Origin: Macrostomum hystrix
Taxonomy: Eukaryota; Animalia; Platyhelminthes
Direction: 5' to 3'
Assembly: GCA_950097015.1 (NCBI GenBank)
Contig: CATNEN010000001.1
Location: 14,384,001-14,448,000, forward strand
Length of the DNA stretch: 64,000 nucleotides
Below the pieces are notes generated by a model. The model had not been told where the DNA came from. It worked only from the letters and a program-made list of their open reading frames with translations, and ran no database searches. Below, in pieces: positions 1 to 10,382 of this stretch. Numbering within the stretch: the stretch's first letter is position 1; every line of letters starts with the position of its first letter. A program made the translations under genes and the position numbers.

Positions 1-3000
1 AATGCCAAGAGGCTCACCACCTGGCTTAGGAAGCGCCTCGAAACTGCTGCTGCGAACAACTACCTGTGCGAGTTTGAGCAGCTAACCAGTGGCGATGCAC
101 GGATCGAAGTTGAGAAAATCATTAGTGATGCTGACGGAGATACTGAAGGTGCGACGCAGTTCCTTATTCATAAAAGATGGTTAATATTAAGCATTTATAA
201 AATAGAAAAATGAAATGAACAATCGTCGATTTCCATCTCATTGCCAGATACGCCACTTTTCTTTCGCGCCGTCGATTCGCACAGCTTTTCAATTGCCGAC
301 TCGCTCTTGGAATTGAGGAACAAACGACGCCTTCGCAGTCAAGAAGATGGCAGCGGTGGGACAGAAACGCCAGCAATCGATGTCTACAACAGGTGGGGCG
401 ACACCGCTCTCACCAGATGCTGCGGTCGCGGCGGTGACGCGGAAAGCATCGCCTACCTGTTGTCCCGAGGTGCTGACAGGTATCGGTGCGATGTCAACGG
501 CAACACGGCTCTGCATCGTCTGGCAGCGTCGGTTCCTTCAACAGTTGACACAGAGAAGAATGTGAGACCAGTGCTAAAAGCTTTGCTGACGGGTTTGTCA
601 GCTCAGAGCCTGACGGAATGGCTGTCCAAGGAAAATCAGTCGGGAGAGCTGGCCTTGGCACTGGTGTCCAACACTGCTTTGTTGCAGATTTTGCTCGACG
701 CTCTGGGCTTGTCTGTGGGGTAAGGAGGGATTGTTCAGTGTCTTAAGTGTTTGTTCGAGAAATTCATGCCCATGATTTTTGATTTCAAGCCTAACTCTAA
801 CTAGTAGGTGAGCTCCTTCGGGTGCAGCGAATAACCTACTACAACTTCCTACACCCTTGCTTATTCACCATATGTTAATATCAGTTTCTGTACTCCTTGC
901 ACCCGTTCAGGCATGATGGACTGGTTATGATGTTTTTCTGCTCATTTTTTGTATCGCGTTTTCCTCTCGCACACAGGTCCTTAAGCTTCCGCAGCAAGGC
1001 CCCATTATTTGGGTTGCAGTTGCAGAGTCTGCAGGACGATGAGAAAGTAAAGGCAGATGTACAGTAGAAAGACCTCGCTGTTTTCCCCTGGGAAAAGACC
1101 ACAGGGGCAATTTCAAATACTCTGAATTTTCATGGTGGTTTTTTAATATTTTTAGGAGATACTCTTACAGAAGCAATTTGGGTTACACCCCCTGTGGTCT
1201 TCTTGCTGTGACAAATGAGTCGCCAAACTATACTCATTCTCAGCCAACAGACAGCGTCTGAAGCTGCCAGCACAGCGCACTGCTTGTCCCTGCTTCGCTG
1301 CAGCAACGGTTTCAGCGTAGCCCACAGCCTCGCAGCCTTCGGCTCCCTGCCGTCTGCCGAGCCGGTCGTCACTCGCCGCTTCGGCTTCGACGCTTGGAAA
1401 CAGCTGGTTAGCAGGGCCTGCTCGGGAGGCTACACTCCGATGCACGCGGCCTGTCAGGAGGGCGATTGGAACAATGTCAGCTACCTGATGCACTGTCTGA
1501 ACGCTGCGCCTCCGTCTGCATCTGCGCTAGATTTGGCCATCCGAGAGCGCAAGCTGGTCAGCTACCAGCAGTTCAAATGCTTCAAAGATCAAGCCTGTCT
1601 GGACTCTGAGGCCGCGGCGCTGATGGTGTTGGACAGAGCTGAAGACTGTCTGGCGTTTGTGAACTCAAGCTGTGAGTTTCTAGATCTGATGGACTCAAGA
1701 ATGGTTCACCCTAAATTAAAAATTCATAATTCCCTAACTAAGTTCTTAGGCTCCCATTGAAGGGGGTGAGTGGCAGAGCGGTGTAACGTGGCTGCACCCC
1801 AATTCATTTAGGGCGCAGCCGCAGAGAGAAGCTTGTAGAAGAAGGCTTGGGGGCTTGTCGTGCAATTTACGCCCTTGTGGGCCAACCTCCAAGGCACAGT
1901 GAGAGTGTACACTGCCTGACGATGAGAAAGTCAGGGCAGATGTACACAACTGTGTGAGCGTGTGCCTGCGTACAATATCTGTGTGCGCGTGTGCTCAGGA
2001 GTCAGCGAAATGGGCAGAATTGCCTTCTCGCTGGTTGCGGGTCTAGTGTCACCATATGATGTGCCATTGCCCGCAGCCCTCGTACAAATTATTATTATTA
2101 TTATAAGGTTCCTATTTAAGTTGACAGTGGGTGTCTAAAAAGCAATGCTAATTTTAACTTGTTCCGAAAGTCACCAAACTTGTGTAAATGCGAACTTTCA
2201 GACGTCCGCAACAACTAAAAGTAACAGTAATTTCCAAACAGCCATCGTTCAATAGAAATATGAGTACTTTTGCTACCATTGTAAAGTGATTGGAGGGGTC
2301 TAAAATGATTAATGCTCGGATAAATCGATTTATCGAACGATCAATAGTCTCAATTTTCAATATCAATCGACAATATTAGCAGAGGCCAATGTCCGGTCGT
2401 CCGGGTCGCGGCTCGAGTGGTCGGCAACAGCCGCTATTTCGGCTCTAAAATCAGCAAAAAGGGCAATCTTAGAAAGCGGTCGCAACCTCCTGACCCGCTG
2501 CGCTTTTGACGCGCTTGACGAAGACAGCGCAGCGTCGCTTCGCGGACTACTAGGAGGCAATCGCGGTTGCAGCGACGGCGTCGGTGCCGCAGGCGAAACT
2601 GACAGCGGCGGCAACAGGGCGGGACTCGCACTGCTGCTACAGGTTTGCATGCAGTTGTAAAGCATTCAAATTCACCTCATTTCACTGTACTAAGGCACTT
2701 GAATGTTATCAGAATGAGAAACTTGTTCCCATGTTCCCATTGTGATTGGTAGATCTGTTCCCATTGTGACTTGTAGATCTGTTCCCATTGTGACTTGTAG
2801 ATCTGTTCCCATTGTGACTTGTAGATCTGTTCCCATTGTGATTTGTTGATCTGTTCCCATTGTGACTTGTAGATCTGTTCCCATTGTGACTTGTAGATCT
2901 GTTCCCATTGTGATTTGTTGATCTGTTCCCATTGTGACTTGTAGATCTGTTCCCATTGTGACTTGTAGGTCTGTTCCCATTGTGATTGGTAGATCTGTTC

Positions 3001-6000
3001 CCATTGTGACTTGTAGATCTGTTCCTATTGTGACTTGTAGATCTGTTCCCATTGTGACTTGTAGATCTGTTCCTATTGTGACTTGTAGATCTGTTCCCAT
3101 TGTGACTTGTAGATCTGTTCCCATTGTGATTGGTAGATCTGTTCCCATTGTGACTTGTAGATCTGTTCCCATTGTGACTTGTAGATCTGTTCCCATTGTG
3201 ACTTGTAGATCTGTTACCATTATGATTGGTCGATCTGTTCCCATTGTGACTTGTAGATCTGTTCCTATTGTGACTTGTAGATCTGTTCCCATTGTGATTG
3301 GTAGATCTGTTCCCATTGTGATTGGTAGATCTGCTTTCATTGTGATGGATAGATCTGTTGATCTGTTCCCATTGTGATTGGTAGATCTGCTTTCATTGTG
3401 ATTGATAGATCTGTTCTCATTGTGATTGATAGATCTGTTCCCATTGTGATTGATAGATCTGTTCTCATTGTGATTGATAGATCTGTTCTCATTGTGATTG
3501 ATAGATCTGTTCCCATTGTGATTGATAGATCTGTTCCCATTGTGATTGGTAGATCTGTTCCCATTGTGATTTGTAGGTCTGTTCCCATTGTGATTGGTAG
3601 ATCTGTTTTCATTGTGATTGATAGATCTGTTGATCTGTTCCAATTGGAATTGGTATAACTGTCGAAAACTCCACGCTACTCAGCCACCTGTCAACTCCCC
3701 GGCTCCCCATTCGTCACCAGTCATTGGATTCGCACCAGGATTCGCTCCAGAGTTTGAAAGAGGTCTCTATCGAGTCTGGCTGCGTCCGTGGCCTTCTGGG
3801 ACTGGCTCTGCGGGAGAAAAAGTGGCGCCTCGCCGGTGAACTTCTGCCAGCTCGCCAGTTTGACCTGCTGCCAGTCTGCCTCGGCATAATGCTGGCTGTG
3901 CAGGCTGAGATGATCAACTACTCGAGCCGGACTGATAAGGCTAAGGTCGTCGATCAACGCGGCTGCGATGTTGATGTGACCCTACCGGCTGAGAGTGCCC
4001 AGGTGAATATTCGGGTCAAGTAGATGTCACTGTAGAGTCCAAAGCATCGAAATCTAAAGTAATTTAAAGTAAGGGGGTGAACGACAGACCGGTCTAACGC
4101 ATTTGCCTCTCATACCAAGATCCCTGAGCTCGATTCCGCGGCGAGGCCACAAGAGAAGGCTTGGGGGGCTTGTCGTGCAATTTACGCCCTTGAGGGCCAA
4201 CCTCAAAGGCACAGTGAGAGTGTACATGGCCTGACGATGAGAAAGTCATCGTGCCATGTGAGCGTGTGCCTGCGTACGGTATCTGTGTGCGTGTGTGCTC
4301 AGGAGTCAGCGAAATGGGCAGAATTGCCTGCGGGCCTAAACACCAGCTAGTCGCATCTGAATGCTTCTGAATCGAATGTAGACGCGTTTTCTTGTCTTTA
4401 AAGCTAGATATAAATTTTACCAAAAATTTACTAATTCCCATTCCCAGGCTCTCTACAGCCTGGCGAAGCACATTTTCTGCCAGTCCCTGCAGCGTCTGTA
4501 CAGGGGCGCTCAGACTGAGGCGCACAAGGGTCTGGTGTTCAACTACCTTGGCGGCAGGTTTCACGATGCTCACTCAGCCTCCGGTCCCCTGTTCAGTGCT
4601 GATATCATCGGAGGAGGAGAGCAGAACCACTGCCTGTTTGAGCTGATGCTGCTCACTCGAGAGCCGGAACTCCTGGCACTGGACTGCGCCACTGATTATG
4701 TCGATCTGCTTCTAGCCAGTCCGCGCAGATTCTGCTGCCATCTGTGCCGAGATGAGAACGGTGACAGGCGGTTGGATGGGCCAAGCTGTAGCACTGGCCC
4801 GATCAAAGTCATTTCTAGTCTATGGCCAGAACAGGGAGCCAAGCTGAGGCGCAGAATGCCTCGAGGCTGCACACCGAAGATCAGCATGCTGCTGTTCTCG
4901 CTCTTCAATATGCTGTTTCTGGGTCTACTTGGCTACTATGTGCACCAGGTACGCTTCGTGCATGAAAGCGTTCATCAGCTTTATACTTATATTCATCTGC
5001 TCAATACTCGTAGATATTGATAGAGACAAAATAAAAGAGATAGTTAGATAATTATACACGGATAATACACAATAGATAATGACAGATATTCCACAGAAAG
5101 TATATTGTCAGGCAGACAGTCACACGCCAAACAGGCAGACAGATACCACCAACATACAGGCAGTCAAACCAGACAGTCCCACTACAGACTGACAGTCAAA
5201 AGATAGACAGACATGTCACAGACAGACCACACGCAGACACATTGGACTTAAAACCGACAGTTAAAAGCGGTAAAGATAAGACAAGATGTGAAAACCAGGT
5301 TTATCACCGCATGAAATTCAGGTCGGAGAGTCCAGATCGAGTGCAAATATGTTCATGAAAGTGCTGCTGCTGCTATTTGGCCTGTCCTATTCGGCGCAAG
5401 AGTTTCACGACTATCGATCAGCTTTTGTGCGGCCAGGTTCCAACTCCAAACAGCTGTGCAAGCGCCTGGTCTTGTACCTGTCCTATCGCTGGAATCTGGT
5501 TGATGTGGTGGCAGTTATCCTATTGCTCACCGGTATAATTTGGGTCTTTGTGCTAGACGCTACAACTGCTCAAAATCATGCAGCCATATATGGCCTGTCC
5601 TACTACTTTGCCAGGTGAGTATGTTGGCCAATTACCTTATCTAAAGAAATTAAATTAGCATTAAGTGGAGACTTTTACACACTACTTAACAGTAGAATCA
5701 CCACGGGTAGTTATATTAACTGCCCAATCTTAAGCTTATAACAATAAATATTTCAGGCTGTGTCTGGCACTGTCGTTTATTTTCTACTGCATGAGAATGC
5801 TATCCAGCCTGAGCTACTTTGAGCGCCTCGGACTCTACATCAGCATCACCAAGACAACCATCGTGATGGACGTTGTGCCTTTCCTAATCGTCAACGCATT
5901 CTTTCTGGCATCATTTGGCGTCCTCATTGTCTCCCTGCTTTTTCCTGGAGGACACACTTTCCAAGCGGGTGAGTCATCTGGTTTAATTAGAGTTGCGAGG

Positions 6001-7109
6001 GGGAGTCTGAGGAGAAGGACTGCTTTGACTCGAAGTTCGCGAAAGAAAATGTTTCTAGTTGAACAAACTACTAACACCCAGTAATGCCCAGTATTAACGA
6101 GCAGTCCTTCAAAACTCTGAAGGAGGGGATTACAGCACGCCGACTCCTGGAAGAGTGCTGTCCGCCGGCACCTATATCACGGAGATCTTCCAGCGCCCAC
6201 TGCTGGCCCACTTCGGCGAGTACGGCATGGACTCGCTGCGACAGTGCGAACGCACCGATGACTCCGGAATCTGTCCTCATCCGCTTGGCAACAAGATCTA
6301 CACCCGATTCATACTCTTCATCTACCTGCTCATAGTGACGGTGGTGTTTGTCAATGTGCTGATCGCCAAGCTCAGCCTGACTGTCTGCAAAGAGGACGTG
6401 CGCGCTCGCATCATTTGGCGCACATTTCGAGCTCAACTGCTGACCGAATTCGGAAGCGGCGGTGGAATGCCCGCTCCGCCGCTGATCCTGCTGATCTACA
6501 AGCTGGTCCTGTCACCCCTGACGCTCTGGAGATGCTTCGGCGCTTCTAGACAAACGCAAACTACTACTGCTAGTAATACATCTGGCAATGATGTGACAAA
6601 CAGCTGCGGATCAATCGCTTCCAATTCAAAAACTGACGCTGGAGCCTCCCCTTCTCCGGGCAATTTGCTGTCCCGAGTCGAATGTGCTGATAGGCAAGAA
6701 TCTTTCAATGAGGTGAGTCCAGATTAAAGTGCTCTAGAAGTGAGTGGCTTAGCGCACAGCGTCCGACCCTCGTCCAAACCCTCGTTTAGGTAGGAGACGC
6801 GGAGAGAAGGCTTACAGTGGAAGTTAGGCACGCGAGTTAAACTATGCGTGTGAAATTTCTTTTAGAAGTTTTTCAAATAAATTCAAATCTTCTAACTGAT
6901 CCACTGCCGCTTCAATGAAAAATTCCAGCCAACAGGCAAGTGGTGGCTCGCGGCTTCGGACAGCAACAGTGAGGCTCCGCCGGACTTTCGCGAGTTTCTT
7001 TGGTTCCAGGCCATGCAGTTTCGCACAGTGCGACACAAGTTTGCTAGCTGAAATAACCAGCAACAAACTGAACTGTCCGATAGAAGCACATCTTTGTTCT
7101 ATTCTTTAG
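1..7109 (+). CDS. Multi-exon TRP cation channel (TRPM-like TM/TRP-box region with N-terminal ankyrin repeats), 5' end outside window
   Basis: Approximate exons: <1-148, 248-719, ~1244-1671, ~3721-4001, ~4448-4948, ~5322-5614, ~5757-5968, ~6135-6712, last ~6.9-7.1 kb, with GT/AG ends. Ankyrin motifs WGDTAL, NGNTALH, GYTPMHAAC. TRPM-like YRWNLVDVVAV, RPLLAHFGE, VNVLIAKLS, WRTFRAQLLTEF, PAPP. Some exon edges uncertain. Confidence 0.8.
1762..2104 (+). mobile_element. tRNA-derived SINE copy
   Basis: GGGGTGAGTGGCAGAGCGG head, shared body (CTGACGATGAGAAAGTCAGGGCAG; GAGTCAGCGAAATGGGCAGAATTGCC), (ATT)n tail; matches 12290-12657. Confidence 0.85.
2731..3640. repeat. 24-bp minisatellite (GTTCCCATTGTGACTTGTAGATCT)n, ~38 units, intronic
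   Basis: Visible tandem periodicity; generates the repetitive ORFs at 2690-3658. Confidence 0.95.
4073..4340 (+). mobile_element. tRNA-derived SINE copy
   Basis: Same head (CCCTGAGCTCGATTCCGCGGCGAGGCCACA) and body as other copies. Confidence 0.85.
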
Positions 7110-7507
7110 TTGAGCAAGAACCTTTCATTTATAGTCTCATCAATTTTTATCATCTTTTCACCCGTTCCTTATTCTCCTGGTGATGAACGTAACTTTGAAT
7201 TTAACGATTTACGCTCGTAACATCATCGCGCTATCAATTAAAATCAATAAAATTTCGTGCGAACATACAATTTTTATTATCTAAGCCAATAAATTTCGCT
7301 TGTTGAAAATAAAAGGAGTTGATTATTTTGTCTTAGTTATTGATTGATTTCAGAAGAATCAACAATGCTTTATGCACTATAACAGCCCCATTCCGTCCGA
7401 AAACTATCAGCAAAGGCGCACACGAAAAGTACTATTACATTATTATTACATGCAGTTTATGTAAACTTGACAGTTTATTTCTATTCAACATTTTATCATT
7501 TGTTGTA

Positions 7508-9142
7508 TCACCACGCTTGAACATGTGGCTTATTCGCGCAATCTGTTTGCGCCACTTCAGCCACTGACATTGTTGACCCGCTGTCCATCAACGTCCTCTT
7601 CTGCTTACTCTGTTGAACCCGTCGCCAAGCAAGCAGGCAGCAGTCGTGCAGCAGTTCCACCAGCTCCAGCGCCGACAGCAGCGATATGCCAAGAAAGAGG
7701 CCAAGCAGACCTCCAACATCCGCTAACAGCGAGTCTGAGCTGTACGCGAGAGACAAGCGGACCTCCTGGCTGCGAAACTCGGCTGCTGACATTTCCAGCA
7801 TGAGCAGCGACTCACGCACCTCCTCTAAGGTTGCATTGTTGACCAGATAGGATAGACCGGGGGCAAACGTATTGCGGCTCAAGATGCTGGAAATGATGTC
7901 GGCTCGCAAATAGCTGTTCCAGGCTCTCTCAGTTGGCCAAGAACTTGACGAATAGTCGAAGCTGTAAGACCTCTGTCGGCATGGAATCTTGTTCGCGCAT
8001 GCGACTGTTGCATTGTACAGCAGGTTCTCACGCTCCCTCATTAGACTGTCACTCAGTATCGGAGCATCGGAATGCTGAGTCAAGTTGAAACACGATGAAG
8101 TCGATCTGTATTCCCATGGGAGTGGGAATCGCCACGGGCTGCAGTTGAACTTTTCCACCGACAACCTTGCAACCTCTCTGTACCAACAGATTACGTTGCT
8201 GTAGTTAAAACTCTGCCTTTCTAGGGTGTAAGGGTCGACAAATTCCACCAGCTCACGGTTATTTCCACCGCCAATACATCTCTGTCCCGAGCTAGCATCG
8301 TCATACACAGTGTCTTCCATCTTGAAAGCAAAACGGTGGCTTTGTCTCGGACCAATCGATAACTTTACGTCTGTGTTATCCGGGTAGTGACCGCGTGGGA
8401 CAACAAAAATGCGAAGTCCATATGACGCGATGAAGTCAACGCCAAAGTTGAGTTTCCAATCGATGGGCTTTAAATTCACGCTCGGTCCGAACCACTGCCG
8501 AACGTCCTGCTCAGTGGAGTTGTCGAAGGGCGGGGGCAGCAGTGGGTCGAGGAACAAGGCGATCTGTATGAAGCTCGTTGGATTCTGCAGCACCTGAAGC
8601 TCTGTGGCCGACAGATTGAGAGCAAAGCAGTTCAGGAACTCCGGGTGATAAAATGGTCTTATACTGGCCCATACGTTTCCATGGAAGTAGTATTGAACAA
8701 TCGTCTGGACGGGCCTGTGCCCCATCTTGTCTGACAGAAACTTGAATGGCAAAGTGTTCACCAGTCTTAAGGCATAGTTTTCGACCAGGAAGTCTGCACT
8801 GGATCCGACGATGCTGCGATTGACGAGTCGCCTGAAATGGCTCAGCAGTGCGCTGTCCTCGGCACCGAGGGTGACGGAATAGCTTCCGGAAATAGGACTC
8901 TCGTGGCAGATGTAGATGTCGGGAAATTCAAAGTTCAACTCATTCGCTCTGATTGTGGTCTTGAGGTCGCCGCTCACGAAGTTCTGATACGAGGCGTAAA
9001 TTCGGATGCTGCAGAGGCTCAGTGAAGCAAGGAGAGCAATGAGCCAAAGCGCCTTGACGTATCTGGGGTTTTCACCTATCAGGTGGGCAACTCCGTGAGT
9101 CGTAGCCCCGGCTGCGTACTTGTCTAGTGCGCTGCGAAACAT
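7508..9142 (-). CDS. DEG/ENaC (ASIC-like) sodium channel subunit A, intronless, 544 aa
   Basis: TTHGV (HG motif), TM1, FPDIYIC, Cys-containing ectodomain, LLADVGGLLGLFLGISLLSALELVE TM2. Confidence 0.93.
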   Translation of the reverse strand: MFRSALDKYAAGATTHGVAHLIGENPRYVKALWLIALLASLSLCSIRIYASYQNFVSGDLKTTIRANELNFEFPDIYICHESPISGSYSVTLGAEDSALLSHFRRLVNRSIVGSSADFLVENYALRLVNTLPFKFLSDKMGHRPVQTIVQYYFHGNVWASIRPFYHPEFLNCFALNLSATELQVLQNPTSFIQIALFLDPLLPPPFDNSTEQDVRQWFGPSVNLKPIDWKLNFGVDFIASYGLRIFVVPRGHYPDNTDVKLSIGPRQSHRFAFKMEDTVYDDASSGQRCIGGGNNRELVEFVDPYTLERQSFNYSNVICWYREVARLSVEKFNCSPWRFPLPWEYRSTSSCFNLTQHSDAPILSDSLMRERENLLYNATVACANKIPCRQRSYSFDYSSSSWPTERAWNSYLRADIISSILSRNTFAPGLSYLVNNATLEEVRESLLMLEMSAAEFRSQEVRLSLAYSSDSLLADVGGLLGLFLGISLLSALELVELLHDCCLLAWRRVQQSKQKRTLMDSGSTMSVAEVAQTDCANKPHVQAW

Positions 9143-10382
9143 CGAAAGCGAGCCTAAACAATGCGAGACTCAAATCTAAGCGCTTAGAGGTAGGGACAAC
9201 GATTCGGCACTGATATACAGAGACCAATATGGATTTCTCAGGTTACTTCAAGCTTTTTGGTACTGGTGCAGGCTGGTTCTTTTAATCATTTATTACTTGG
9301 TGTTTTTTATCAGTCAGAAGCTTTTAGAGTAGTTTGTTGCAGGTGGAAATGATGACTGACAGGCGTACCATTCAATTGTAATGGTTTTGTTTGAAACGAC
9401 TGCTTGAACTGAAGTTTTGCTAGAGATGTAATGCAGGGATATAAACTTGCAAACTGGCTTTTCCATTTAAGTAGATTGAAAACCCTCGCATCACTTGAGC
9501 TTGCAGTGGCATAATATATTACCGCCAGTGTTTGGGGCACTGAGTGGTCGATGTGAGGATTATTTGTTTCTGCTGTTTATTGAAATATCACACATTGAAA
9601 AGGTAATGAAACTGCAAAGTGTTTGGTGTAACAACGCTACAATTCTCATCTGTCTTGCCGAATGCAGACTTCGGCATTCGAGAAAGTCTTTGCGAGTCTC
9701 TACTATTAGTAATACACTGAATCCAACTGACTTCATCTACTTGAGTGTTCATTGACAGCGAAAGCAAAGCTACTAGAGTACTAGAGAATATTCTCACCAG
9801 GGACTCAGGAAACAGCATAGAGACATGATTTGTATAGGTGATTTAGAAAACTGAAATTATATAAAGTTTCTGTTTACGGATTGTCAGTTATATATTTTAC
9901 TCGTATTTAAAATATATATATCTATCAATTGACCTGATTGTCGAGGAAAAAAACTAGAGTTTGATCCGAAAAAATTAGAGGCTTTTAAAAAAGTTGCGCT
10001 GGTATGTCACAAAAAGCGGAATACATGTACGAGTATGTGCAGCTTTAGTTCCAGACAAGGGTATTTAATCAAAGATAAAAGAGATTAGTTATATTGAAGG
10101 AATGTGTCTTACTCGCGTCCAGGTGCAAGTTATCTCGGATAAAGGTATTAAGGTTGGTTCTTCTTCCATGCAATTCAAAAACTCTGGCAACAGACATTTT
10201 GCAGTGCGTTTTGCAGATAAAATAGTTAATTATTTGACTTAGTACAGTATCGGGTTCGTAGATTTCGTTATTTAGTGCGTCTAATTTATACTCGTAGTTT
10301 ATTTCCATTCGATAAAGTCAACTTACGAGCGTCACTGTATGCTTCTTCGGCTTCCAGAAGGATATCAAATCGCTTGTCAGCG

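Noticed and set aside
977-1065. Possible extra TRP exon after CACAG
   Set aside because: Sequence matches a decayed SINE remnant (GACGATGAGAAAGT..GGCAGATGTACA)
1912-1940. Hammerhead-like CTGACGA..GAAA..GTC in the SINE
   Set aside because: No room for stems II and III; a simple hairpin explains it better
2690-3658. Repetitive ORFs or a CRISPR-like array
   Set aside because: Contiguous 24-bp tandem units with no unique spacers, inside an intron, no cas genes
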